Shown in pieces: positions 11,264-23,531 of a stretch of DNA of 64,000 nucleotides. Under the pieces are notes generated by a model. The model was not told the DNA's origin. It did no database searches and saw only the letters and a list, made by a program, of their open reading frames with translations. Location: positions 1 through 64,000 of the forward strand of contig CBFFRQ010000080.1 of the NCBI GenBank assembly GCA_965644315.1, given 5' to 3'. Both the position numbers and the translations under genes were made by a program. The stretch comes from Caecitellus pseudoparvulus (Eukaryota; Protista; Bigyra: Bicosoecida). Numbering within the stretch: the first letter of the stretch is position 1; every line of letters begins with the position of its first letter.

Positions 11264-13400
11264 ATGGCTGGGCTCGACACCGCCTACCAGCGCCTGCCGC
11301 TGAAGCGCTTTCCCAAGTACGAAGATGAGCAGAGCGAAGAGAGTGCGTGACTGGACGCCGCCTCGCAGGTGCTCGCAGGCGCCCACATGCGCCTACACTG
11401 CCGCCTGCACAGGCCGCTTTTGGCAGCGCTTTCGAACACCCGTCGTGTCCAAGCTGGTGCGAAGAGGGCAGAAACGGCTGCATTGCGGTGCAGGGGCCGT
11501 GCACTGCGTGCCTTACTTTCTTTACAGGGAGGTCCAGTGACTGGCATCTCGTTCACGGGCGTGGAGCCAAGCACCTTCGCAGTGACGGCAGGGACTCGGT
11601 GCGTGGTGCGGAATTGGGGCTGGCATCAATTTCCGCGAGAACCCCCCCCTCCCGCCTTCCTCCCCTCTCAGCGTCGGCATCTACAGTGGCAAGACGGGGA
11701 AGCTGCTGCGTGGCGTGGGGCGCTTCGACGGCGTCGTGCACAGTGCTGCGTTGCGTGGCGACGGCAAGCTGCTGGTGGCCGGCGAGGACAACGGGCGAGT
11801 GCAGGTGTTTGACTCGGCCAGCAAGGACATCCTGCGGCTGTTCAAGGGGCACCGGGGGCCCGTGCACGGCACCTGCTTCGCCAGCGACAACAAGTCCATC
11901 ATGACGGCGGGGGATGACCGCAGCACGCGCATGTGGGACTTGGCGACGGGGGCCGTGGTTGCGGAATTTGACGACCACGCTGACTACGTGCGGGCGCTGG
12001 ACGTGTCCCCCGCGTCGGGGTCGGTGTGGGCGACGGGGTCGTACGACCACACTGTGCGTTTGTGGGACGGGAGGGGTGGCAGCTCTGCTTCTGCCTGCTC
12101 CCTGCGGGTGGACCACGGCGACCCCGTGACGGCGGTGCGCCTGCTGCGAGGGGGCATGCTGCTGGCCACGGCGGGTGGGCCCACCGTGAAGGTGTGGGAT
12201 CTCATGGCAGGGGGACGCCTCGTCGCGGCGCTGACGGGGCACCAGAAGCTGGTGACGGCACTGGCTCTGGACGGCAGTGGGGACCGCCTGCTGAGTGGCG
12301 GCCTGGACCACGTCGTGAATGTGTATGAGACGGTGCAGTGGAGTGTGGCGCACTCGTGGACAGTGCAGGCGCCAGTGCTGTCGCTGGGCGTGTCGCCCTC
12401 CAACACACAGTTGGTGATTGGCACCATGGACAAGGCGCTCACTGTGCGCACACGAGAGGTGTCCCAATCTGCGTCAGTGGTGGAGGAAGCGGCTCTGAAA
12501 GTCATTCGGGGCGGTTCCTACAAGTATTTCATGCGGGGGCAGGGCGCCACGCCCAGTGCGGAGGACAGCCAGGCCGACCGCAGCGCCAAGCCCAAGTTGG
12601 CGGGGTATGACCGCCTGCTGCGGAAGTTCAAGTACTCGGCGGCCCTGGACGCTGCCCTGAGCACGGGAAACCCCATCATTGTGTACAGTTTGCTGCAGGA
12701 GCTGCGTGCGCGGGATGGTCTGCGCAGTGCGCTGTCGGGGCGCAACGAGGAGGCGCTGGAGCCTGTGCTGGCGTTTCTTGTGCGTTACCTGGTGAACCCC
12801 CGCTACGCTGCACTGCTGCTGGACGTCGCCGAGCTGTTGCTGCTGCAGTACGGCGGCGTCATCGGCACATCCCCCTCCTGTGACACGCTCTGGCGCCGCC
12901 TGCTGGCCGTCATGCGTGGCGAGGTGGCGTTGCAGCAGGACCTGCTGGCGTTGCAGGGTGCACTGGACGCGCTCATCGCAGCCTCCAGCACCGCCATCAC
13001 AGCGGCACAGGCCAGCGCTGCCGCAGCAGCTGCCAGTGGTGGCAGTGACGACTGGATCACGGGCGCAGGTGGGGCCGGTGAGGGGCACGGTGGTGGCGAG
13101 GAGGAGGCGGCGGCGGCCGACACAGCGGGCGTGTTCGCCGGTGGCAGTGACTCCGACACGCCTGACTCGGAGTCAGACGCAGACCTGGCAGAGGTGGCAG
13201 CGCCCCCCCAGGACACCCCCCGGCAACCCTTCATCCCGGGAGTCACTGGCAAGGTGCCGCCACAGTCGGCCAAGTCACCCGCGGCGGGCCGTAAACGCAG
13301 CAGCAAGGGGGGCAAACGCGGCACGAAACGCGGCAGCAACAATGGTGGCGGCGGCGGCGCACGCCGCAGCTCCCGCGGTGCGAAACGCACCAGGGGGTGA
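11264..13400 (+). CDS. UTP15: U3 snoRNA-associated protein 15 (WD40 + UTP15_C)
   Basis: Three short 5' introns. WD repeats (HADYVRA, GSYDHTVRLWD, HQKLVTAL) are followed by YKYFMRG and YDRLLRKFKYSAALDAAL..ELRARDGLRSALSGRNEE. Confidence 0.93.
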
Positions 13401-13419
13401 GTCACTCCCCCAGCAAAGC

Positions 13420-13427
13420 AATGCATT
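13420..13427. terminator. AATGCATT palindrome between convergent UTP15 and 7TM-INPP4
   Basis: Centred in the 47-nt spacer, about 20 nt from each stop. Confidence 0.65.
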
Positions 13428-13447
13428 CCGCCGCCGTGCCACGCTCC

Positions 13448-16400
13448 TCAGGAGGTGACGCCGCCGCCGCCAGTGCCGGGTGGCGGTTGCAGCTCCACGG
13501 GCAAGAAGGGCGCTTGGAAGGAGGAAAAGGCGTACTTGCGCAGGCCAATGTTCTTCTCTGCGTTGAGGCGGCGCACGCCGTGGCGCCGCATGAGGTCTGC
13601 GATGGCCAGGGTGGCGAAATTGTCCACGCCGTGGTACACAGACAGCATGATGGCCTGTTGGTACGTGACGCCCATGCTGGTGCGGTCTTTGGCGCTCTTG
13701 CAGGACATGATGTAGCCGCCGTGCATCATGCGCACGACCAAGTTGGACATGTACACGGGCAGTGTCTGCTTGGACCGCGCCTGGGACGTGAGCGTCCCAG
13801 TGTGGGTCATGCACGTGTCAAGCGCCCGGGTCTTCTCAATGCGCCGGCGGTATTCCCCCCGCAGCCGCCGCACATCACGCAGACGGGCAATGAGGGACGC
13901 CCTGTCCAACCCCCCTGGCGACGGGGACAGCACTGCCGCCCATGGTGTGTCGGCGGCGCCGCTGTGGGCTGGCAGCTCGCCGTCACCCTCCTCGTCAGTC
14001 GTGTCGTCAAATTCCGCACGCCGCACCGCTACTGGCCCACTTCGCGGCGGCGGGTGCTGCACCTGCAGCGCATACCGCTCCTGCAGTGCGGGGGGCAGTG
14101 CAGCAATGGCCTGCACCAGGCGCTGGCGCACCTGTTCCGTTTCCTGCTGGTAGAACACCTTGTAACGGGTGTAGTACGTCGTGAGTTGCTGGTACTGCAC
14201 CTCGTTGATGTCGGTTTGCAGGCGCACCTGGCTGGAGAAGGGCAGCATGCTGGCCAGTGTCTGCATCTCGTTGATGCCCTGTGTCAGGATGACAGGCGTC
14301 ACCACCACGCGGAAACCCTGCCGCAGGGCCTTGGGCACCAGGCGCACCAGGCGGGGGTCCGTCCACCCCGCCGCCACATCCTCCGCCGTCATGACATCCT
14401 CCGTGGAGGCGGAGGGGGGGGGGCGCGTGTCCCGCAGGGGGCCTAGCAGGGGGGACCCCATCCCCGACCCGGGCTGCAGGGGGCCCCCCCCCTCCCGTCG
14501 GGACACTGCCGCCACCGCCTCCGCACACTCCGCCGGACTGGACATGGGCCACATGCGCAGCTCCACCAGTGTGCGCATGCGGCCGCCGCCGCCGGACCCC
14601 GCCGCGTCCTCCGCCTTGTAACGCACCAGACGCACCGCCCCGCCGTCCCCCGACCGCCACTCCGTCATCCATACATGCCGCCCGTCAGTGCTGGAGCCCT
14701 CCCGGGGGGAGGCATCCCCGGGGGCGGCGTCGGGGGCGGCATCCCCCCCCCCACGGGCCATGCCCGGCGGCAGCGGCGGCATGAGACGGAACTGCACTGT
14801 GGACAGCATGGACACGGCCCGCTCGAAGTCCTCCAGCATGCCGATCTCGCTGCCCAGTGTGCTGAGCAGGCTCTGCACCGCCAGCAAGAAACCGATGCGC
14901 AGGTACTGCTCCAGCAGCTTCCGCCCGTCCTCCAGGGACATGTACCGCTGGATCAGGCGCACCTTGCGTGCGAAGGCCGTCACGGCTGCGGTCAGCGCCT
15001 GGGACATGATGACGTCAGAGCGCATTTCCAGCTGCAAGTACAGCTGTGCCAGCTGGCGCTTGAGGTGGTTCAGGCTCAGATGGCTTTCCGGCTTGGCCAC
15101 ACGGCGCAGTCCGGCCAGACGCTGGCGGGCGGTTTCGATTTTGTGCCGCAGCTCCAGGGCCTGCGCGACGTAAGATCGCATGCCGCCCGCCTTGAAGCCC
15201 AGCGCATGAGCCGCAAACGCGCCCACTGTGATGGTGTCGTAAATGACCTCAGTGGCGTTTCCACCGCCCGCCTGGGCGCCGTGTGCGCGACCTTCGATGC
15301 CCACGCTGGGCTCGTTGAGGTAGGTGGGGGGGGGCGGGGACACCCCCCCCTCCTCGTCCTCCTCCTCCCGGGGGTGGGCGGCCCCCCCCTCATCCGACGT
15401 GGAGGGGGGGGTGGCCGTGTCCTCCTCCACCCCCTCTGGCAGGGGGCTGCCTGCCCCCAGCGACAACGCAGCAGCCCGCGCCGCGACCTCTTCCGGCGTG
15501 AGGGTGGCGGCGCGCGATTCCACATCGCGCCCCGCGGCTGCCCGGCTCATGCTCGCAGCCGCCATGGACGCCGCCAGGATGCTGCCGATACGGCGTCGGG
15601 CACGGCGCTGGCGGGAGGGGGACAGGGGGGGGGGCGGCGGTGTCCCGCCCCGATCCGGCAGGGTCACGGGGCGGGGGGCCGACCCACCCTCCTCCACACC
15701 CCCCTCCTCCTCCGCTGCCGCAGGGGGGCTCAGTGCCACCAGTTCACTGGTGGGACCCCCCATCCCAATTGGGGCCCCGTGTGAATCCAGTCGTGACCGG
15801 GGCAGCGCCTGGCCCTCAAAGTCACCGTCCACGCTGTAGGAGGAGGAGGCGGTGGGGGGGGTCGGTGGGGGGTCGCCTGCGCGGGGGGTGGGCCCACCCT
15901 GCGGCGCATGGGCCCAGTTGCCGAAGGGCGCCCACTCCCGCACCGCATGCTCCACCGCGACGCGGCCCACCGTGGACCCCGCGGGGGGCGGTGCGCTGGC
16001 TCGGTGACCCAGAACAGCGGCGTGTTCCGCCACACTGGCCGGCGTCAGGGCGTAGTACCAGTGCTCGTCCGGGTCTGCACTCCAGGTGGGGTGGTCGTGG
16101 TCCACCACCCCCGCGGTCCTGTCCCCTGCCAGGGAGCAAGGCAGGCCCACCGCTGGGCCCACACTCCGCACGCGCATCTCCTGCACGTGCAGGTTCAGGG
16201 GCAGAAACGCCAGCGCCTGGTCCGCCTTGCGTGTGGACCGTTTGAAGGACTCGCCCCCCGGACCCCGCCCGTGGTACCCCAGCGCCGCCCCCGCCCGCAG
16301 ACGGCCCAGCCAGCCGTTAAGCTCGGCGATCATGGCGTCCAGGTGCTTCACGCGCTCGGAGCGGTCGGTGTTATCTCGGATCGCGCGTTCCAGGTCGTCC

Positions 16401-19400
16401 AGGATGCCGCCCCAGGCGCCGAACCAGGTCGCATCCTCCAGCTCCCCGCCCAGCCCCCGCCCCTCGGCCGTGACGGCGAGGGCTTGGAAGACGCCGCCGC
16501 CTGGGGCGGAGGAGGACCCCGAGTCACTGCGGCCGGTGGAGGTCAATTTCCGCATCTCACTGCTGGAGCTGCGGCTGGGGCGCGTGGTGACGGTGCGGCG
16601 GGGGGGGGGGCGGGGGCCCCGAACACCCCCCCAACCCAGAACAGAACCACCCTCCAGCACGACCCGAGCTCGTGCCGCCGCGGATGCCGGGCGCCGCTGT
16701 GGCATGGTGGCCCCCAGCTCCCCCGGCCCCTCCCGGCTCAGCTGCGCCTGCAGGTTGGCCAGCATGCGTGTCTTTTGGAACACCGCCAACTGCAGGTACT
16801 TGGCCGGAACATCGAAAGTGTAGGCGGCCTCTCGCAGATCCTCCTCCACCAGCAGCGCGTTCCCGTCGCGGTTGGTCATGTTGTACCATCGCGTCATGCG
16901 GCTGGCGTACGGTGGCCATGTGTCCACTTCCTTCTTGGGCTTCTTGGAGGGGGGCAGGGGGGCGGGGAGGTGGGCCCACCCCCGCCGCGGCCGCCCCATC
17001 GCTCGGTGGCATGGGCGTCTCAACCCCCGTGCCGCCTGCCTCGTCCAGACCCGGGAGGGGGGGGGGTCCAGGGGGGCGGTGTCCCCCCCCACCCCCGGTG
17101 TCCAGCTGAGCGCCCTGCCCTGAGGGCAGGCGCAGCAAGGGTGCGGGGCCCCCACCGGTGCTGCCCCCCCCCTGCATGCCGGATGCGGTGCGTTGTGCGG
17201 TGGGGGCGGCGGCCTGGTGGGCTGCCTGCACATCCACATACCGAACCGCATCCGACGGCACAGGGAGCCCCCGCTGCAGGAGGGAGCGCGGGTGTCCCGC
17301 CGGCAGCCGCTCCGCAAGCCCGCGCTTCATGGCGGCCAGTCGCAGTGCGACCACCCCCAGCTGCCGCCCCTGCGCGTTTCGCAAGGCCAGGTGGACATGG
17401 GCGGTGTGGCTGGCTAGCACGGTTGCCAGGTCCGTCTCCACAGCCCCCAGCCAGATGACACGAGCCGGGCGGGGGGTGGGCCCACTGGTGGGTGGTGCCG
17501 AGGAGGGCGAGGCAGTGGACACTGAGCGGGCGGCAGTGGGCCCACTGCTGCCGCCCTGCAGACTGGTCGAGGAGGGGGTGGGCCCACCCCCCGCCTCGCC
17601 CGAGGTCGCCGCCGCCGCAGCAGCCAGCGCCTGACTCCGGCCCGTGTCCAGAGAGGCGGCTTGGGCGGCAGGTGGAGGGGTGGGCCCACTGGCAGCAGGG
17701 CATGGGCCCACCCCCACCATGGGCGTGGAACGAGTCACCACGGAAGCCAGCGGCGGCACTGGCAACGCAGCAGTGGGCACGACCTCCGCCGCCTCGGGGC
17801 CATCTGCCGCGGCGTACACGTGAGCGCGAACAACGGTGTTCCGGAACGCCATCCCCGCCACGTGGACGATGCCGGCCGTGTCCAGGCCGCACCGCATGTC
17901 GGGTGCAGGCGCTGCGGACATGCCCGTAATACTGGACACGCGCCCCCGCCCCCCCACCTCCAGCAGGGGCGCCTCCACACGCATGAGCAGGGCAAAAGCC
18001 GCCTGGCCTGGGTGGGTCAAGGCAGCCCCGCTGGTGCGGCGGGTGCTGGAGGACACCTTGCGCCGGAGGCGGCGACTGGGGGGGCCCTGGGACCCCCCCC
18101 CGTCAAGGGCCCCCCCATCCAGGCTGGTGGAGTGGGCGATGCCCCCCCCTGAGGGGGGTGCGGGGGGGGGTGCCTCGCCCCCCGGCTCGCTCACCGTGGT
18201 GGTGCCGGACGCTTGGCGTGTTCCGAGGGAGGCTGCGGAAATTGCACCCGACGACGTGCGACGGGGGGGCGGCGACCCCCCCTCATCCGCCGAACGGCCC
18301 CCGCCGCCGCTCCCTCCGCGCGGCTCCACCTCCTCTGGCCCCAGCATGACCGGGTACCCCCCCCCATTCTGGTCGTCGAGGGGGGTGTCCACATCCGCCA
18401 GCACCGCCTCAGACCGCGCCAACTTCACGAAGCGACACAGGTCCCCAGCGCTGACGTCACCCAGCTTGCGGAAGGGGACACTGTCCCCCGCCCCATGTCC
18501 GCGCCTGGACACGGGCGCCCCCCCCCCCGGCCGCGCTAGGGGGGCGTCGAAGATGGCCCCCCCACTCAGCAGCTCACTGGCCGTGGGCAGGCGCGCCGTC
18601 TCCACGACACTCAGCACAGTGCGGTGCGTGAGGGGCAGGTCCACGTGCCGCATGCCCAGCGCCAGGCACAGCTGCAGCACCGCTGGGGCGTCGTCCGTCA
18701 TGAGCCGGTGGGTGGAGAAGGAAGACGTGTCGGTGCGGGTCCACACCAGGCGCCGGGTGGGGGATCCCGCCCCCATGTCCGCCCGGGTCCCCCCCTCCGT
18801 CTCCAGGCGCACGGTGTGGGGCAGGCGCCCGGGTCCGGTGTCCGCCCCTCCCGAGGAGGCAGTGGACCCGGACCCCCCTCCCCCGCCCTCCTCCTCCTCC
18901 CCGCCAGGCCCCACCAGCACATGCAGCGGGCCGTGGTACTCCCGGCCCTGTTCGTGGGAGGCGAGGTGTTCTTGCAGGCGGGCGTATTCCGCTTCGGCAG
19001 GGGCCAGGCCGGACCGCCCCAGGAGGGGGTTGTCCAGGCCCCCCCCCCGGCGCTGGGAGGTGGTGTAGGACACCACGGCCGCCTTGACGTCTGTGAAGGA
19101 GGCCTCCAGGAAGCTGTGCTCGGAGAGGGGGACCCCCCCCCCGACACCCCCCCCACCCCCCCACGGAGGACGCCGAGGAGGTGGACGACGCCGATGACAC
19201 CCGGTGCACGTGGGTGCTCAGGGCGTCAGCAGAGGGCGCCAGGGCGTGCAGGGCAGAGGGGGGCGGTGTCCGGTGCCGGGGGCGCACGGCATCCGGTGTC
19301 CACACCACCATGAGGATGAGGGTGGCAGGCAGCAACTCCGGCAACCACCGCGCGAGGACGTTGCAGAGGACGGTGTAGTCGCCGCAGCTGCTGGTGAGGA

Positions 19401-20168
19401 TGATGCCCATGCCCTTGTCTTGGCGCAGGGCCACTGCCAGCACGACGATGTAGGTGAGGAGCTGGGCCAGGAACACCACTGCGACGCTGGCCATGACCAC
19501 CATGAACACGCGCAGGGCCAGGGTGTAGCGTGCCTGCACGGCGCCAGGCAGGTGCTTGACGTGCTGTGCCACCAGCACCGCCACGTACGTCACGCCCACG
19601 GTGAGCATGAGGGCCATGGTGCCGATGACAGCGCGAGGCAGGTCCATGACCAGCGCCGGCACGACCGTGCCTGTCTCAAACACGATGGTGACGGCCAGCA
19701 CGAGGCAGTAGAAGACCAAGTTGCAGAGCAAGAAGGTGCGTTTCAGGCACGTCGCCTGCTTGCTGTACTTTGCGCGGGCAATGTTGATCCTGCAGCGCAG
19801 CGGCGGGCTTTGCAGGGTGATGGCCGCGTGAGGTGCAGTGCAGCAGCAGCGCCAGGGCTCACGCACCATTGCAGCAAGACGTAGCCCAGCAACGTGAACC
19901 AGACGCAGACAGCGATGCGGTCGGCGCACACTTGCACTATGGTGCCCATGTTGGACGAGCCCTCCACGAAGCCGTCCACCTTTTCCGTGCACCGCAGTGC
20001 GCTCATGAGCAGCACCAAGGCCAGCACGAGGCGCTTGCGGCCCCAGGCTTCCCAGCACGGAATGCCGTGCGCAAACACGAGGCGGCTCCCTGCCAGCAAC
20101 ATCAGCGTGCCGTACAGTGCCGTCACGACGTAGTCGGACGCCTCCCGCTGCGACGGTGTGTCTGCCAT
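13448..20168 (-). CDS. 7TM (GPCR-like, TOM1/THH1-type) domain fused to type I inositol polyphosphate 4-phosphatase (GPCR-INPP); two frame breaks at G/C runs (19133-19162, 16957-16962)
   Basis: The N-terminal ~260 aa has seven hydrophobic helices ending WLPELLPATLILMVVW, with one intron near 19790-19866. The C-terminal part has INPP4 motifs FKRS..K....FLPLNLHVQ, YDTITVGAFAAH..GFK, SQALTAAV, GFLLAVQSLLSTLGSEIGMLED, PVILTQGINEMQTLA and the catalytic CKSAKDRTSMGVT. No stop or intergenic spacer lies between the parts once the run shifts are allowed. Confidence 0.8.
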
Positions 20169-20616
20169 GGCATTCGCTCGGGGTGTGGTCCAATTCCGCA
20201 GAGCAGCCTGCTTCACTGCGCGGCGGCAGGGCGCGGCGCAGCACGCCCTTGGCGCGTGTCAAGTCACTGGGCCACAGCGCGAAGTGCGCACACTTTGCAC
20301 TCGACGAGGCATTTTCCGCAGCGCGGGCTTCTGCGCCAGGCGCGCCGGTGTTTCACGCAGCACAGCAACATGTGCTGGTGCCAGACCCGCCACAGTCCCC
20401 CCGTCAAGGCACATCCCAACCCCCTCCGCACGCCTGACAACGCACCAGCTGTCCCTCGTTCTCCACACTGCACACCCGCACGCCGCTCGGAAGGTGCCCA
20501 GAAGACCGAGCGCTGGGCGATTCACCACCGCACTTGCTGCTCGCTGAGCCACTCAGCGCTCCAGGCACCTGCAGGCCCCCTCGCCAGCCCGAGGCCTTCC
20601 CACCACCCCCAGCCCC

Positions 20617-21434
20617 ATGGCTTCGAAGGAGGATGTGGAGCGCGAAATCGCGCTGCTGAAGGCCACCATCGCGCAGTGCTCCGCGACGAACCAGGTGCGG
20701 CCACGGCGAGGTCGCGGGCTCGTCGAAACGCCACAGAAACGCGCACCCCGTCCCCGTCCCCCGCGCCGCAGATGTACGACGACGAGGAGGTGTACGACCG
20801 CGTGTCCCTGCCACACGGCTCAGAACTGCCCGCCAAGAGCACTTTGAAGCCGTTCGAGCGCGTGGGGCGCCCCAACCTCATGGCAGTGACACACCCCAAC
20901 TCGCAGCCCAGCTTGAACCAGACGCGGCGCGGGCAGGCCCGCTACGGCCGCGCACCCATCCCCGCCGACTTGGAGGACGACGAGGAAGTCATCCGGTCTG
21001 TCGCTGAGGCGCAGGCGGCTGACGTGGCACTGGGCGGGCCCCCCCACCTCCCCGGCGCCGGTGTGGGGGCGGTGTCCACTGTGGGGCACCGCGGGCGGGT
21101 CAAGGACGACATGGCCGCCCTGCAAGCGCAGGCAGCGGAGAAGGCCCTGGCCAAGAAGCTGCGTGCCATCGAGCTGCGGCGTCAGGGGGTGGATCCGGCC
21201 GCCCGTAAGCCCCGCCCCCAGGCTGTGGACCACGTGGGGGCACTGCTGCACGGGTTCCCCTCGGACGTGCCTGAAGACCGCATGACAGAGTACCAGCGCG
21301 CCAGCAAGGTGGACGACGAGACGCTGCACGCCATGAGCGACGGATGCGACCGCCGCCACCTGCGAAAGAAGAACAGCATGACGGAACACCGGGAGACGTA
21401 TGTCCGCATCCGGCGCACGATGCAGGACAAGTGA
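20617..21434 (+). CDS. Hypothetical protein (~246 aa)
   Basis: Exon 1 MASKEDVEREIALLKATIAQCSATNQ and intron 20695-20771 are in frame; strong GC3 codon bias; no recognised domain. Confidence 0.7.
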
Positions 21435-21465
21435 GCGACCTCCTGGCCCTGGCGGCGGAACACGG

Positions 21466-21473
21466 AATGCATT
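21466..21473. terminator. AATGCATT palindrome between convergent genes
   Basis: In the 77-nt spacer, 31 nt after the + stop and 38 nt past the - stop. Confidence 0.65.
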
Positions 21474-21481
21474 GTCTGCGC

Positions 21482-21512
21482 TGGGCCCATGGTGGGCCCA
21501 TGGTGGGCCCAT
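21482..21512. repeat. 11-bp tandem repeat (tgggcccatgg x2.8) abutting the thioredoxin-PUB stop
   Basis: tgggcccatgg tgggcccatgg tgggcccat. Confidence 0.9.
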
Positions 21513-23126
21513 CACGCCCCCCCCACCTTGGCCAGCGTCTCCTCCAGCTTCCCCAGCGCCAGCTGCAGTGTGGCGGTGTCCCGGGTCAGCGTCAGCTCAT
21601 CGGTACCGCCGTCGGGGCGAGTGAAGCCTGCGGCCACCAGGAACATGATGCCACCCGGAACAGATGTGATGCGTTCCTTGATGGCCCGGTTGGCCAGGTT
21701 GATGCGTTCAAACTTGGCTTCTTCCGGGTGTTCCGCGGCGTTCTTGACCAGGGTACGCAGGGTCTTCAGCGCCCGTGTCCCCCCTGCCCGGTGCCCCGCC
21801 AGCTTGCCCAGGGCCGTGTCCATGCGCACACTGGCGGGCTTCGCGTGCACTGCGGTGGCCACCCCCGCAATGACGTCCTGCAGGGGCTTGGCCTTGTCGG
21901 CCGGCACGTTGGCCAGTCCGCCGTACTGCTGCGCCAGGCGCTCCAGCTTATCTCGCGCCATGTCCACACGCAGGCGCTGGCGCTCTGCCGTCGCGCGCCG
22001 CTTCTCCCGTGCCTGCTCCTCCCGCAGCAGGCGGCGCTGGGTCTCTTCGAACTCCTCCTTCGCCTTCACCAGGCCCTGGCCCTGCGTCCGCCGCCGCAGC
22101 TCGGCCTCACGCGCATCCGCCTTGGCAGCCTCCGCCGCCGCCGCACGCTTGGCCTCCAGCAGGGCCTTGGCGTGGGCCTTCTTCTCCTCCAGGGTCAGCG
22201 CGGGCTCAGTGGCAGGGGCGGGGGCGGGGGCAGGAGCGGGTGTGCCCAGCCCCAGCAGGTCCTCATCCCCCTCTGCCAGGGCGGGGGTGGGGGTGGGGAC
22301 CCCGGCCCCCTCCTCCACACGCTGGCGCTTGGACACCAGGACAGGGTCATCCAGGCCCGGGTCCTCAGCGTGCGCTGACAGCCACTCGATGGCGAAGGTG
22401 AGGAGGTCAGAGGGGGGGGCGCCGGTGGAGGCCACGGAGTACAGAGCCCGCACACTGCGGTTGCGCGGAAAGCCCATGCTGATGAGCTGCTCTAGGGCGT
22501 CGGCGTCGACGTCCGCCTCGGAGGGGGGCTCGGCACCCCCCCCCTGGCTGCTGCCACCTGCCGCCGCAGGCGCTGCAGCTGACGTGGAGGCCCCTCCTTG
22601 CCCGCTGCCGCCTGCCAGTGCTGCGAGGCGCGCAGCCCGTGCGTCAGCGGGGCTAGCAGGCGGTGCACTGGATGACGCCAGGGTGGCGCCCGTGCCGCCA
22701 AAGGCCGAGAAGGCGTTCGCCTTGTGCTGCACCACCTTCGCCTGCAACGCCTGTGGGTCGGCGCCCTGCAGCGTGTCCACACACGCCTTCTTCAGGTAGA
22801 ACTTGAAGGTGGGCATGGCCCGGACGCCCTGAGAGGCGAAGAGTTCGTCTGCCTCGCCGCCTTCGCACACCTGGTGGGAGGGGAGCAGGGCGCGGAAGGT
22901 GCGCGGCGTGTCCGTGGCAGAAGGCAGCGTGAAACGCCGCCGCGAAACGCCGACGTACCTTGAGAAATACCACGTCAGGGTGCTGCCCTGAGAGCTGCTC
23001 GACGAACGGCGCGATAGCCTTGCAGGGCCCGCACCATGTGGCGTAGAAGTCCACCACCACCAGCTTGCCCCCTGCCGCGGCGAGCTGGGATGAGAACTCT
23101 CCAGCAGTCTTCACCTCCACCGGCAT
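21512..23126 (-). CDS. Thioredoxin (WCGPC) + UBA + coiled coil + PUB domain protein
   Basis: KLVVVDFYATWCGPCKAIAP; intron 22871-22958; GVRAMPTFKFY; UBA ALEQLISMGFPRNRSVRAL..AIEWLSAH; PUB ALKTLRTLVKNAAEHPEEAKFERINLANRAIKERI..GGIMFLVAAGF. Confidence 0.9.
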
Positions 23127-23531
23127 GTTTGCGCTGCAGGGCCAGGGCGACGTGCGCTTGATGCTGAGCACCGGGAGTCTGTCTCCTCTCGTGGAACAAC
23201 TCGCGCAAGATGAAGCTACTGTCGCAGTCCTGAGAGCTGTGGGTTTTACCTCTGTCGGACCCACTGCCTGCATTGGCAGGCTCGCCGGCAAGTGACTGCG
23301 CAGGGCAGGAGGCGGTTGCGCTGCCGCAGTGCGTCGGGCAGAAAACGCCCTGCGCACAGACACCGCCTTGCCACAACAGAAAGACCACGGGAAACCGGCA
23401 CACCACACGCAGCTCACTGCACAGTTGTTGCAGCCTGTGGGCGTGCCCTTGTGCCCGGCAGCGCCCTGCGCCGCGCGCTGCCGGCCTTCCCAGCGGGCGC
23501 AGACGCATGCCAAGCCACCGCTCCAGACGGC

